The notes under the pieces: model-generated | What the model saw: the letters and a program-made list of their open reading frames with translations, nothing else | Told to the model about the DNA's origin: nothing | Databases searched by the model: none | Translations under genes and position numbers: made by a program | IMG/VR virus record: IMGVR_UViG_3300048599_000534 | Coordinates: 1 to 30,336 of that record | Length of the DNA stretch: 30,336 bases | Strand: one strand, 5' to 3' | Origin: a virus | Taxonomy: Duplodnaviria; Caudoviricetes | Shown: positions 16,522-25,987 of the stretch, in pieces | Numbering within the stretch: position 1 is the first letter of the stretch | Layout: each line of letters opens with the position of its first letter

Positions 16522-17430
16522 ATGAATGAAAATGAAAAAAAATCCGTTGTTGGCCTGAGCGATATTCACTTCGCCTTGATCACACAGGATGATGCCAATG
16601 GTTATGCGGCAGGTACTCCTCAGTTGTTTGCACCGGCGGTGAATGCGAGCCATAAACCGACCAGCAACACAAAAACCCAGTATGCCGACGATAGTCCATG
16701 GGACACTTCGATCTCAGAAGGTGAGACAACGATCGATCTGGAAGTGACTGCTATTCCGCTTTCGACCCTGGCCCTCGTGTTAGGTAAAGATTATGACGCC
16801 GCTACCGGCCGCCTACTGGATGGAGCTGGAACTCCACCTGACATTGCCTTGTCTTTCCGTTCGAAAAAGTCGAATGGTAAGTATAAATATTTCCAATATC
16901 TGAAGGGGAAATTCTCAGCTCCGGCGGAGGATCAATCTACCGAAACTGATACTCCGGATCCAAAGAATATTACGATCACTTTTACCGCCATCAAGACCAT
17001 CTATGAGTTTACGGTTGGATCTGCATCCAAGAACTATAAGCGGGTGGTCGGAGATGAAGATTCCGATAACTTCTCAGCAACAGGTTGGTTTGATGCAGTT
17101 CAGCTCCCGGCTTCGGGAACCCCAAGTGCTTTGACTTGTACTCCAAGCCCGGCTGACGGCGGGTCCAATCAGGCTGTCAGTGTTGCAATCAGCCTTACAT
17201 TCAACAACGCCTTGGCTGGAGACGCAGAGAAAGGTGTTTGTCTGGTACGTGGTGATACCGCGGCCCAGATCGCAATTACCCGTTCGTTGAGCGCGGACCG
17301 CAAGGTGCTTACCTTGACCCATGCCGCTTTGACCGCTGCAAAGACCTATCTCATTGTTGTGTCCGGAGTTGTGGATGTGTATGGCCAGGCACTGGCTGAT
17401 ACCGTCTATGATTTTGCGACTGCAGCTTAG
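16522..17430 (+). CDS. Major tail protein (phi13-like) with C-terminal Ig-like (Big_5-like) domain
   Basis: VGLSDIHFA, QYADD, ALSFRSKKSNGKYKYFQYLKGKF; C-terminal PADG...ISLTFN...LTLT...KTY...GVVDVYG...DFAT. AGGAGG RBS supports the ATG at 16522. Confidence 0.9.
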   Translation: MNENEKKSVVGLSDIHFALITQDDANGYAAGTPQLFAPAVNASHKPTSNTKTQYADDSPWDTSISEGETTIDLEVTAIPLSTLALVLGKDYDAATGRLLDGAGTPPDIALSFRSKKSNGKYKYFQYLKGKFSAPAEDQSTETDTPDPKNITITFTAIKTIYEFTVGSASKNYKRVVGDEDSDNFSATGWFDAVQLPASGTPSALTCTPSPADGGSNQAVSVAISLTFNNALAGDAEKGVCLVRGDTAAQIAITRSLSADRKVLTLTHAALTAAKTYLIVVSGVVDVYGQALADTVYDFATAA

Positions 17431-17444
17431 TTAAACCGTTATGA

Positions 17445-17474
17445 CGCCCCTCTTTCCAGAAAGAAGGAGGGGCG
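17445..17474. terminator. Stem-loop after the major tail gene
   Basis: CGCCCCTCTTTC-cagaaa-GAAGGAGGGGCG. Confidence 0.5.
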
Positions 17475-17519
17475 GGAAAACCCCTTATGAATGGGGATGC
17501 AATTAAAAGGAGGATCAGC

Positions 17520-17882
17520 TTGCTCGAACCCATTAGGTTGACATTATATGACCCAAAAACTCAGGAACCCATAAAGGAATACAAGCAGCGGGTCATTACC
17601 TTTGAAATATTAATTTCAGCCATTCAAATGCAGGAAATGTTTGAAGCGGCACCGGAAAATAAGCGTCACTGGTGGTGGCAGAGACCCATTATCGATGAAA
17701 AGGAACAGATCAAAGTGTTGTTGGAGCTGGTAACCGAATTCTTTGGGCACCAATTTACTGTTGATCAGCTGAGAGAAGGTGCCGATGTCAGTGAAGTTAT
17801 GTCAGTTGTCCGAGCAATTACCGGTAGAGCTGGAAGGATCGTTACTGAAAACCCTACAAGACCGCCATTGACTCACAAGTAG
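17520..17882 (+). CDS. Tail assembly chaperone (gpG-like)
   Basis: AAGGAGG 6 nt before the TTG at 17520; LVTEFFGHQFTVDQLREG; located between the tail tube and TMP genes. Confidence 0.8.
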   Translation: MLEPIRLTLYDPKTQEPIKEYKQRVITFEILISAIQMQEMFEAAPENKRHWWWQRPIIDEKEQIKVLLELVTEFFGHQFTVDQLREGADVSEVMSVVRAITGRAGRIVTENPTRPPLTHK

Positions 17883-18085
17883 AACCGGGAGACAGTGGCG
17901 GAAATTGGATCCTGGACCTGGAATGTATGCTTTTAGAGACATTTCACTGGGACCCAGGAACATTAGCAAAAGCAGATATTGAAATGATATTACCGTTGGT
18001 GAATTATTACCCGTATTGGAAAGATCAGAAAACACAACCAAAAACAGAAGAATTAACTCCTATTGATAAGGTTGATTGGTTATAA
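17520..18085 (+). CDS. Tail assembly chaperone gpGT-like, produced by -1 frameshift at 17849-17855
   Basis: In-frame slippery heptamer A AAC CCT; the -1 frame is open to TAA at 18083-18085 (...WILDLECMLLETFHWDPGTL...DKVDWL). Confidence 0.75.
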
Positions 18086-18110
18086 AGACGGATTGTAGAA
18101 ATGGAGCATT

Positions 18111-20210
18111 ATGGGCGCAGCTGCAGAATCTCTTAATACGATGCTTGGAATTGATACCACTGATTTTAAGGCCGGTTTGACAAGTGCCAACCGGGAACTG
18201 CGGGTATTGGAATCCGGATTCAAAGCCTCCGTTTCTACTTTGGGAGATTGGGCTAATTCAATTTCCGGGGTTGAGCTGCGGCAGAAGAATCTTACAAGCC
18301 AGATCACAATCCAAAAAGCAAAAGTAGAAGCTCTAAGGGAAGAACAACAGCGCCTGGCAGATACGGAGGGGGATACCAGCGTCGCTGCGAAAAATGCTGA
18401 AGTCCAATTAAATAAAGAGACTGAGCGTCTGGGAAAGATGCAGACTGAGCTTGACGGGACAGTAACAGCGCTGGAAAACCTGAAGGCCGGCAACGATGCA
18501 GCAGGCAGATCCACCCAGGAGTTGGCCAATAAGCAGCAACCTCTTAGCGAAGTATTTAAAAATTCATGGACTGAAATCAACTCAGCGATCGGTGTTGCGA
18601 AAGAGGTTTGGGGAGCTCTCAAGGGAGCTGTGGATGAGACCGTCGGCGCTTATGTGGATTATGCGGACCAGGTGCGACAATTGAACCAGCTGAACGGGAA
18701 CAGTTCGGAATCGAACAGCCGATTGATCCAGCTCACCGATGATTACAAGGTGAGCATGGAAGATCTGATGTCCACACAAAAAGAGCTGCTGAAAGACGGG
18801 AAATTATTGAGCACGGAAACTCTGGCAGACATTGCTGATAAATATAATGCAGCAGCGACCCAGGCAGAGAAAAACAAGATCGCGTCTGATAATCTTGGAA
18901 AGAGCTGGAAATCTTATATCGAGCTGCTGCAAAAAGGCGGAACCGCGATCCGGGATGAATCGGCAGCGATCAATGGAAGCCTGATCCTTACCGATCAAGC
19001 TGTAGCCAAAGCCAGAGACTACGAGAAAGCTACCGATGAACTCTCTGATTCCTTCCAGGGCGTGAAGGTTGCCATCGGGCAAAAAGTCGTCCCGGCCCTG
19101 ACAACTTATTTTAATAAACTTTCAAATGGAATATCCGTTCAGGATGCGTATAGACGCGCTAACGAACTTGGGTTAAAGGTAATGATCAACCACTCCACCA
19201 ATACGATCCGGATCAATGGTCAACTGGCCACTCAAGAAGATCTATTCCTGGCCGTGGCTGAGGCAGAGAAGAAACAAACCGGGACCACTGAAGATGCAAC
19301 GAAAGCCACAGATGCCCTGGCAGATTCGATGGATGCGGCAACCACCTCTACAGATATGTTCGGCTATACCGTTGCCGACGGCGTGGATGCTCTGCAGCAA
19401 GCTAATTCAGAGTTTGGCTTCATTATCAGTTTTGCGAAGCAATATGAGCAAAATCTTACAAATGTGAAGGATGCCCAGGACGCGCTGAAAGAGGCTGAAG
19501 ATGAACTCTTCGCTACCTCACAGCCGGGTTGGGAAGGAACTGCAGAACAGGTCCAAAATGCGCAGGACAAGGTTGATGAACTCAAGGGAAAACTGAAGGA
19601 CGCGCAGCAAGCCTCCCTGGATGCGACCAATGAGATGATCGCTGGTTTCCTGCAGGCACAATTAACTGCAGACGGTTCTTTCACCGAGGAAGACATTCAA
19701 AAGGTTTTGGATTACCGGTTAGCCGTAGGTTTATTAACGCAGGAATCCTATAATGCCGCCCTGCAGGCCCTGGCTGTGGCCCAGAACCTGGCCGGGATCC
19801 CAAAATCGGTAGTAAGCAACGTTACGGTTAATACGACCTATAAATATTCAGGACTGGCGCCTGGACCGAACGATATTGAGGCTTTGAAGCCACATCCACA
19901 GGCGACAGGCGGCGATTATCTGGTGCGAAAGCCGACGTTATTCTTGGCAGGGGAAGCCGGAACCGAAAGGGCAACGTTTACTCCGATCAATTCTGGAATG
20001 AATGACGCGGTCAGGCAACTGGAAAATGCAGTTATGAATTTGACCGGGAAGAATTCATCACAATTAAGTTCGGGTGGGGGATCATCATCTAGCCAAAACC
20101 GTACTGAACCGATCAATGTAAACGTGCAGGCTGCTCTGAATAATGATATCGATATACATAAAATGGCCATAATCGTTGCCGAAGAAATTGAAAGGAATCG
20201 AAAACGATGA
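18111..20210 (+). CDS. Tail tape measure protein
   Basis: LGIDTTDFKAGL N-terminus, Ala-rich helical body, C-terminal ATGG...AGEAGTE motif. Confidence 0.9.
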   Translation: MGAAAESLNTMLGIDTTDFKAGLTSANRELRVLESGFKASVSTLGDWANSISGVELRQKNLTSQITIQKAKVEALREEQQRLADTEGDTSVAAKNAEVQLNKETERLGKMQTELDGTVTALENLKAGNDAAGRSTQELANKQQPLSEVFKNSWTEINSAIGVAKEVWGALKGAVDETVGAYVDYADQVRQLNQLNGNSSESNSRLIQLTDDYKVSMEDLMSTQKELLKDGKLLSTETLADIADKYNAAATQAEKNKIASDNLGKSWKSYIELLQKGGTAIRDESAAINGSLILTDQAVAKARDYEKATDELSDSFQGVKVAIGQKVVPALTTYFNKLSNGISVQDAYRRANELGLKVMINHSTNTIRINGQLATQEDLFLAVAEAEKKQTGTTEDATKATDALADSMDAATTSTDMFGYTVADGVDALQQANSEFGFIISFAKQYEQNLTNVKDAQDALKEAEDELFATSQPGWEGTAEQVQNAQDKVDELKGKLKDAQQASLDATNEMIAGFLQAQLTADGSFTEEDIQKVLDYRLAVGLLTQESYNAALQALAVAQNLAGIPKSVVSNVTVNTTYKYSGLAPGPNDIEALKPHPQATGGDYLVRKPTLFLAGEAGTERATFTPINSGMNDAVRQLENAVMNLTGKNSSQLSSGGGSSSSQNRTEPINVNVQAALNNDIDIHKMAIIVAEEIERNRKR

Positions 20211-21532
20211 TCCATCTCTCCTTAGAAATCAGATCCGGCGGGAATGTTGTCAAAACCATCAATTTCAATTCCGGTGGTTATAAATTATTAGATGGATTCT
20301 ATCCACAATCCGAATCCTCCGATGAAAAGGTCACTGAATCCTTCGATATCATGATCAAAGAAGATGGTTACACAGATCTGGAGACAAAGGTGCGGGATAT
20401 TGAGCAGGCTTTTGATTTCGCCAGGAGCCATCTCTCAGGGCCTGATGGAGTTTGGATCTTGTTTTCTGCGAAAGATACCACTCTCGCGGCATGGCAATCA
20501 CGCATCAGCGGCGGTCTTTTAACCCACAATCCGTATTTCAATAAATATTGGAAAGAATACAAGGTCTGGGCCCATGTGATCGTTGAACGCAACAATTACT
20601 GGGAAACTGTAGACCCAGTTACCCTGCAGGTGACCAACCGGGCCGGGACCGGGGCGAGCGCTGCCATTGAGAATCATCAGGACAGCGGTACCGGGCATGA
20701 CATTTATCTCGAGATCGCAGCGGACCAGGTGACCGGTGTGCTGCCAACTCCGGCGATCATCGAGTTCACGCCAACCTCAAACGATGCAGCCCTGGTGGAT
20801 ACTCTGACGGTCGGACATTTCGCGGCTTGCGGGACGAACGAACCTCCTACCGCGGCCAGCCTGATCAATGAGGGGACGGGTACTTCGGACGCGAGCTGCT
20901 CAGGGGGGAGTTACGCCGCATTGAGCTGGACCCTCTCAGATCCGGGTTTGTTGGCGAGCTGGACTCTGGCCAGCGCAGCATTTCGGCAGAAAAATTATAA
21001 GGCAATCGCAAAACTGCGTGATGCTGTGGCTTATACCGATCTCTGGCTGCAGGCGCGCCTATATATGGGGACAAAACAAATCACTGAAACCAGGTGGACA
21101 CTGGTACCGGCCGGGGAGCAGCTGATCTCCATCGGCAGCCTGGCAATTCCGCCGTTTCGACTGGGTAAAGATATCGATCTGGGAAATTTGACCCTTTCTC
21201 TATACAGCAAGATGGCAAGCGGGGCGGGATCTCTGAACCTGGATTACCTGGCAACGATCCCGCAGGACAGCTGGCGGCGGTTCGGGGCGATCAGCGGGCT
21301 GGCGTACAACGAGACTCTGATCGATGACCCGGTAGGTGAAACGCTGGTGACAAAATACAGTACCAGCAGCTATAAGGTCACTCACACGGTCGAGGAGGGC
21401 GGGCCGGTGATGCTGCAGCCGGGGGTAAAGAATGTGTTGTATTTTCTGGTCACTTTGACTGACAAGAGCGCTCCGACGATCAGGGCGGCAAATGTCACCA
21501 TCAAGATCCATCCGAGGAGATTGACTGTATGA
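20207..21532 (+). CDS. Distal tail (Dit-like) / minor tail protein
   Basis: Directly follows TMP; C-terminal LQPGVKNVL...VTIKIHPRRL is typical of Dit proteins. Confidence 0.65.
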   Translation: MIHLSLEIRSGGNVVKTINFNSGGYKLLDGFYPQSESSDEKVTESFDIMIKEDGYTDLETKVRDIEQAFDFARSHLSGPDGVWILFSAKDTTLAAWQSRISGGLLTHNPYFNKYWKEYKVWAHVIVERNNYWETVDPVTLQVTNRAGTGASAAIENHQDSGTGHDIYLEIAADQVTGVLPTPAIIEFTPTSNDAALVDTLTVGHFAACGTNEPPTAASLINEGTGTSDASCSGGSYAALSWTLSDPGLLASWTLASAAFRQKNYKAIAKLRDAVAYTDLWLQARLYMGTKQITETRWTLVPAGEQLISIGSLAIPPFRLGKDIDLGNLTLSLYSKMASGAGSLNLDYLATIPQDSWRRFGAISGLAYNETLIDDPVGETLVTKYSTSSYKVTHTVEEGGPVMLQPGVKNVLYFLVTLTDKSAPTIRAANVTIKIHPRRLTV

Positions 21533-21720
21533 AATTCAAAATCAAGAACTCTCACGCGGAGAACGCAGCCCCGGTGAAACTGGGGCAGGCGGCGCGGAGG
21601 GAAAGAGCTGAGAAGAGCAAAGGCAAGATTAAGAGCTCTCACGCGGCCCCGGTGAAACTGGGGCAGGCGAACGCAGAGAAGATCAAAACCATTTATAAAG
21701 AAAACCTGGTACGGTTATGA
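21529..21720 (+). CDS. Repeat-derived 63-aa basic mini-ORF inside the baseplate module
   Basis: ATGA overlaps at both ends; contains two SHA...APVKLGQA units encoded by DNA repeats. Confidence 0.45.
   Translation: MKFKIKNSHAENAAPVKLGQAARRERAEKSKGKIKSSHAAPVKLGQANAEKIKTIYKENLVRL
21550..21678 (+). repeat. Two CGC(G/A)GAG-type repeats, each carrying an identical hairpin insert GCCCCGGTGAAACTGGGGCAGGCG
   Basis: Identical 24-mers at 21568-21591 and 21646-21669; TCTCACGCGG at 21550 and 21637. Confidence 0.85.
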
Positions 21721-23282
21721 AGTTCACTCTTTTTAATAGAGATTTTAGCGAGATCGTGGTGCCGCCGGCGCTGGATTTTAAGGTTCAGCGGTATTCATGG
21801 AGTGATCAGGGCGGGCCGCTGCTGGCAACGATCGAGGCAAGCGGGGACCGGACAGCGCTGTTTTCGATGATCAATCATCTGCGGGGAGCGGTTGAGATCA
21901 TCAATGACCTGGGAGATCCCGTGTGGTGGGGATATGTCTCTGAGGTGACCATCCATCTAAAGGAGATCAATTACGGCGTGGACATGGAGACCATGTTCAA
22001 CAATGTTGCCGTGGCGTTTACAAATTCATCTCTTCGCTTTACCACCCAGTGGCTGGGGGACGCGGATTCCATTGCGGAATATGGGAAAAAGGAGATTTTG
22101 ATCTCGAAATCAGAGGTTACCGAGGCGGACGCTCTGCAGAGGCGGGATACCTGCGTGGCGGCTACGAAATATCCGATCCCGGTGATCAAATTCAGCAGCG
22201 GAGATGAGAATACCGCTACGATCACCTGCAGAGGGTGGTTCCAGACCCTTAACTGGGAATATTACCCGAACGCGACCGGAAAAGAAGCTTATGAGACCAC
22301 CGGAACCGGCGGGCGCGAGATCGGTGAGGATGACCGGCCCCAGCTGGCCCAGAGCTTCCAGATCGCGGCAACGACAGCATGGGCAGCCTCCTCCATCTGG
22401 CTGAGGCCCTGGAAGCAGGGTACCGGCGGAAATCTGCCGACTGACAATGTGCTGGTCTATTTAAAATCAGATATTGACGGCGTTCCGGGGGAAGTGCTGG
22501 CCAGTGCATCCATTGGAGCTGCAGACATCGGTACCAATGCCGATTGGCTGGAGTTCCCTCTCAATACTTCAGTGACCCTGGAGCCTGAAACGACCTACTG
22601 GATCCAGGTAACGCGGTCCGGCGGGGTGGATGAAACTGCCTATTATATGCTGGACACAAACCGAGACTGCGGTTATGAGCGCGGGAAGATGTATCTGTGG
22701 AATACTCCGGGAAATTACTGGGGAGTGGATATGTACGGAGCCAACTGGGGAGATCTTCTTTTCCGTGTAACCGGAGATACCCAAAATACGGACCAGATCC
22801 GGACGCTGATCAGCACCGTCGGTCAGTTTTTCTTGGGAACGATCGTGGAAGATGAGAGCACGATCGAGTCCAACCCGTACCGGGCCGGGGATACGGTCGG
22901 CGGGTATGAACTGGGGCTGCTGCTGGATACCGGAACGGCCAACTCCAGGCGGCTGCTGTGCGAGGTTACCCGCAACCGGTACCTGAAAGTCTATGAGGAA
23001 CCCGCAGCGCCGGCGAATCCACGGGACAGCTATGCTTTGACAGAAAAAGGGGAACTGCTGAGCAATGTATTGACCGCCATCGATCAAAGTTTATGCCCGG
23101 TAGGGGTATGGTGTCACCTGCAGGATGTGATCCCGGCAAGCGTAGACCTCTCGATGATCTCGGATCCGAGCCTGTTCCTGATCGAAGAGGCAGAATACGA
23201 TGTTGATAAAGCAAAATACAGCATCAAATTGACGAGAAATCAAAGCGACAGCCTGGATATTGGCGGGACGGTGCAGGGATGA
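21717..23282 (+). CDS. Baseplate hub / Tal-like minor tail protein with inserted beta-sandwich domain
   Basis: PVWWGYVSEV, DSIAEYGKKE hub-like motifs; internal LAQSF...DGVPGEVLAS...WLEF...LEPETTYWI module. Confidence 0.65.
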   Translation: MKFTLFNRDFSEIVVPPALDFKVQRYSWSDQGGPLLATIEASGDRTALFSMINHLRGAVEIINDLGDPVWWGYVSEVTIHLKEINYGVDMETMFNNVAVAFTNSSLRFTTQWLGDADSIAEYGKKEILISKSEVTEADALQRRDTCVAATKYPIPVIKFSSGDENTATITCRGWFQTLNWEYYPNATGKEAYETTGTGGREIGEDDRPQLAQSFQIAATTAWAASSIWLRPWKQGTGGNLPTDNVLVYLKSDIDGVPGEVLASASIGAADIGTNADWLEFPLNTSVTLEPETTYWIQVTRSGGVDETAYYMLDTNRDCGYERGKMYLWNTPGNYWGVDMYGANWGDLLFRVTGDTQNTDQIRTLISTVGQFFLGTIVEDESTIESNPYRAGDTVGGYELGLLLDTGTANSRRLLCEVTRNRYLKVYEEPAAPANPRDSYALTEKGELLSNVLTAIDQSLCPVGVWCHLQDVIPASVDLSMISDPSLFLIEEAEYDVDKAKYSIKLTRNQSDSLDIGGTVQG

Positions 23283-25987
23283 GCGGAAATAGAGCAAGTG
23301 AAGTCTGGAATATGATCAAACCCTTTGCCATGAGGGACCTGGCAGGATTATTAGGGGCAAAAAAGAGCAACAGCGGAAATTCTCCCAGTTTCTACGCGAT
23401 CATCCTTTACGATGCCAGCGCGCAGGTGATGAAATATTTTTCTGCCACAATCACAGGGCTAAACGCTGCGATCAATTCCTCTGAAAGCGGGGATGTGATT
23501 TTCATTCCTCCAACAACGATCAGCGCATCCATGTCTGGCATACAACTGGGGAGCCTGATCAGTTCAGGAACATTGAACTGCCCAGATTCTGACGGTGAAC
23601 TAATCGGCGGTTTGACCGTTGGCCAGTGGTACGCGGTCACTACAAGCGGGGGCCCATTGGTTAGTGGGTCCATCAGCGTATATGATGTGCTGCTCTCCAA
23701 TAACGGCGGATCCTCCTGGGCAAAATCAGTCGGAAGGGGATACTCTTTACTAGCCGATTATTATTATCGAACAACGCCGCCATCGTGGGCTTACTCTTTT
23801 GAGGACCCGACAGGTGAACAAAAGTGTGCAAGGGTCTATTTCCAGGCTTCGACCACGAGCATCCGGATCAAAGCGGCCGGGGATGGATGGGGATACAGCG
23901 GAAATATGATATGGTCTTTGAATCACGGCGTCCCATTGAACGGGGTGACTGTACCAGAGGGGGTGGAGCTTGTTGGAATAGGGAAAAACTCCATCATTGA
24001 TGGCAGCGTGGTCAACAATGGAAAGATCACGAACCTTACGATCACCGGGATCATCAATGGAACCGGGAAATATGACCTCTTTGACAGCGACCAAAAGAGC
24101 GTCACCAATAATGTGCTCAAATCGGAAATTACGAGCGGGCAGGCGCTTGAAATTGCCAGTCAAACTGTTATTACAAATTTGAATGCCGATCTGTTGGATG
24201 GAAAACATGCCGATGAAATAATCAGTGGTATTTCCAGCTCTACTGAAATTGTTGTCGCGGCGTCGGATGCATCGGATGAGAGCAAGGCTTCAGCCAAATA
24301 TGTATGCGACGGTGCCAATGACGAGGTCCAAATCAATGCAGCGATCGCAGATCTTCCATCAAGCGGCGGCCAGGTTGTACTTAGTGAGGGGATGTTCAAG
24401 ATCGCCTCGCCAGTCGCTTTTGGCAAATCCTATGTAACTCTCTCTGGCAGGGGAGCCGCATCGATCCTGCAGGCTCAATCTGATATTGCAACACTGACAC
24501 TTTTAGGGGGGAGCGGAGGAGGCTGGTATTATCCCCAGGCGCAGAGCGGCGTAGTTATTGAAGATGTCAAGTTCGCTCCTCTGACTGCCCGTACAGCTTC
24601 GGCAATCAATATTGCCGGGCCGATCAACCATTTGACCGTGCGCAATACCTACATCACAAATATGCTGAAGGGGATCGATTTTAATTCACAGGCGCATGCT
24701 GTCCAGATCATCGGGAATTATTTTGAGGGAAACCGCGCATCCATTCGTGCCGCAGTATCTGGAGCCGTGTTGCATGATTTCAGAATTATCAGCAATAAAG
24801 ATACCGGCATGGAAGTGGCCGGGAAGGATAGCACACCGGTTTATTTCATAAACCAAACCGCCGGAGAGATGTTTGAGTGGCTAATTGAGGGTAATTCTCT
24901 TGAGCATATCTATGACAATACTGTCAGTTCTATTGCGATCAACCTCCAATCTGGTACCAATGCTGACGTGATCATAGTAGGAAACTCCATAGAAGAATGT
25001 GATTTCGGAGTCATATACAAGGGTAATTTTGTCTATAGTAGTCAGATCTTGAGCAATCCAATAATTAGCTCAAATTCCTTCCGTGATGACAAAACAGCTA
25101 TACAGTTTCAAGGAACTGCCAGCGGACGAATCTCAAATAATCTTCTCATTAATATAGCGTCAAATACAACCTACCGTGGAATCGTAGCCTACAATTTCAC
25201 TTCCGGGACTATGTATGTTCGAGAAAATTATTTTACCGGCTGGGCAACCGGCAAAGACGTTGTAATCGACGGGACTACCGGCGGGATGATCAGCCAATCC
25301 GACGGGACAAAATTAGATGATCTAACGGCTCCGGATGACAATACAGACCTTAATGCCACGACCTCAGCGCATGGATTATTGCCAAAACTGGGCGGAGGCA
25401 TGACCAATTTCCTGCGAGCGGATGGTACCTGGGCGACTCCTGCAGGAGGATCAGGCGGGGTCAATGTCTCCGGGTCTGTCACGGAAGGGCATCTGGCTGT
25501 TTTTGTGGATTCCGACACAATACAGGACGGCGGAGCGGTACCGAGCGGGGGAAGTGGAGGAGATACATTCGGCTCAATTGTTATAGGTGCGACGGATTTA
25601 CCGCCTGTCGCTTCTGTGGGAACTTGGTCTGCTGGAAACTGGACTGATGTTGGCAATTATGATGGTCATGGATACCAAAATACTTCAAACGCCCAGAATG
25701 ATTATGTATCGTGGGATTTATATCTGCCAGCGGGTACCTATTCGATATTCTTTATGGTCCGGAAATCAACCAATACCGGGATCATCACCTGCAGCATTGA
25801 CGGAACTTCTATCGGTACAGTAGATACCTATGCTTCCTCTCCAGCCTATGCCCAACTATCGATTACAAACATAACAATTTCTAGCGCTGGAAAGAAACGT
25901 ATCCAATTAAAAATGGCTACAAAAAATGGGAGTTCTAGCGCCTACAATCTTGGATTATTAAAAATGGCCATTTTGCGGACTGGGTAA
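23279..25987 (+). CDS. Tail spike/fiber receptor-binding protein with right-handed beta-helix and C-terminal CBM-like domain
   Basis: NLNADLLDG linker; YVCDGANDEVQINAAI...GGQVVLSEG...VTLSGRG (pectate-lyase-like start); repeated IIGN/IISN/IEGN rungs; C-terminal YVSW...LPAGTYSI...GIITCSIDG...VDTY. Confidence 0.85.
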   Translation: MSGNRASEVWNMIKPFAMRDLAGLLGAKKSNSGNSPSFYAIILYDASAQVMKYFSATITGLNAAINSSESGDVIFIPPTTISASMSGIQLGSLISSGTLNCPDSDGELIGGLTVGQWYAVTTSGGPLVSGSISVYDVLLSNNGGSSWAKSVGRGYSLLADYYYRTTPPSWAYSFEDPTGEQKCARVYFQASTTSIRIKAAGDGWGYSGNMIWSLNHGVPLNGVTVPEGVELVGIGKNSIIDGSVVNNGKITNLTITGIINGTGKYDLFDSDQKSVTNNVLKSEITSGQALEIASQTVITNLNADLLDGKHADEIISGISSSTEIVVAASDASDESKASAKYVCDGANDEVQINAAIADLPSSGGQVVLSEGMFKIASPVAFGKSYVTLSGRGAASILQAQSDIATLTLLGGSGGGWYYPQAQSGVVIEDVKFAPLTARTASAINIAGPINHLTVRNTYITNMLKGIDFNSQAHAVQIIGNYFEGNRASIRAAVSGAVLHDFRIISNKDTGMEVAGKDSTPVYFINQTAGEMFEWLIEGNSLEHIYDNTVSSIAINLQSGTNADVIIVGNSIEECDFGVIYKGNFVYSSQILSNPIISSNSFRDDKTAIQFQGTASGRISNNLLINIASNTTYRGIVAYNFTSGTMYVRENYFTGWATGKDVVIDGTTGGMISQSDGTKLDDLTAPDDNTDLNATTSAHGLLPKLGGGMTNFLRADGTWATPAGGSGGVNVSGSVTEGHLAVFVDSDTIQDGGAVPSGGSGGDTFGSIVIGATDLPPVASVGTWSAGNWTDVGNYDGHGYQNTSNAQNDYVSWDLYLPAGTYSIFFMVRKSTNTGIITCSIDGTSIGTVDTYASSPAYAQLSITNITISSAGKKRIQLKMATKNGSSSAYNLGLLKMAILRTG

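Noticed and set aside
17487-17519. ATG at 17487 as the tail chaperone start
   Set aside because: The nearest upstream AAGGAGG is 16 nt away and buried in a hairpin; a well-spaced AAGGAGG precedes the in-frame TTG at 17520.
21568-21669. Identical palindromic 24-mers as a mini CRISPR array
   Set aside because: Only two copies; the intervening sequence is itself repeat-derived; no leader or cas genes in the window.
23279-25987. Diversity-generating retroelement target in the tail spike
   Set aside because: No reverse transcriptase, and no template/variable repeat pair with adenine-specific mismatches seen in the window.
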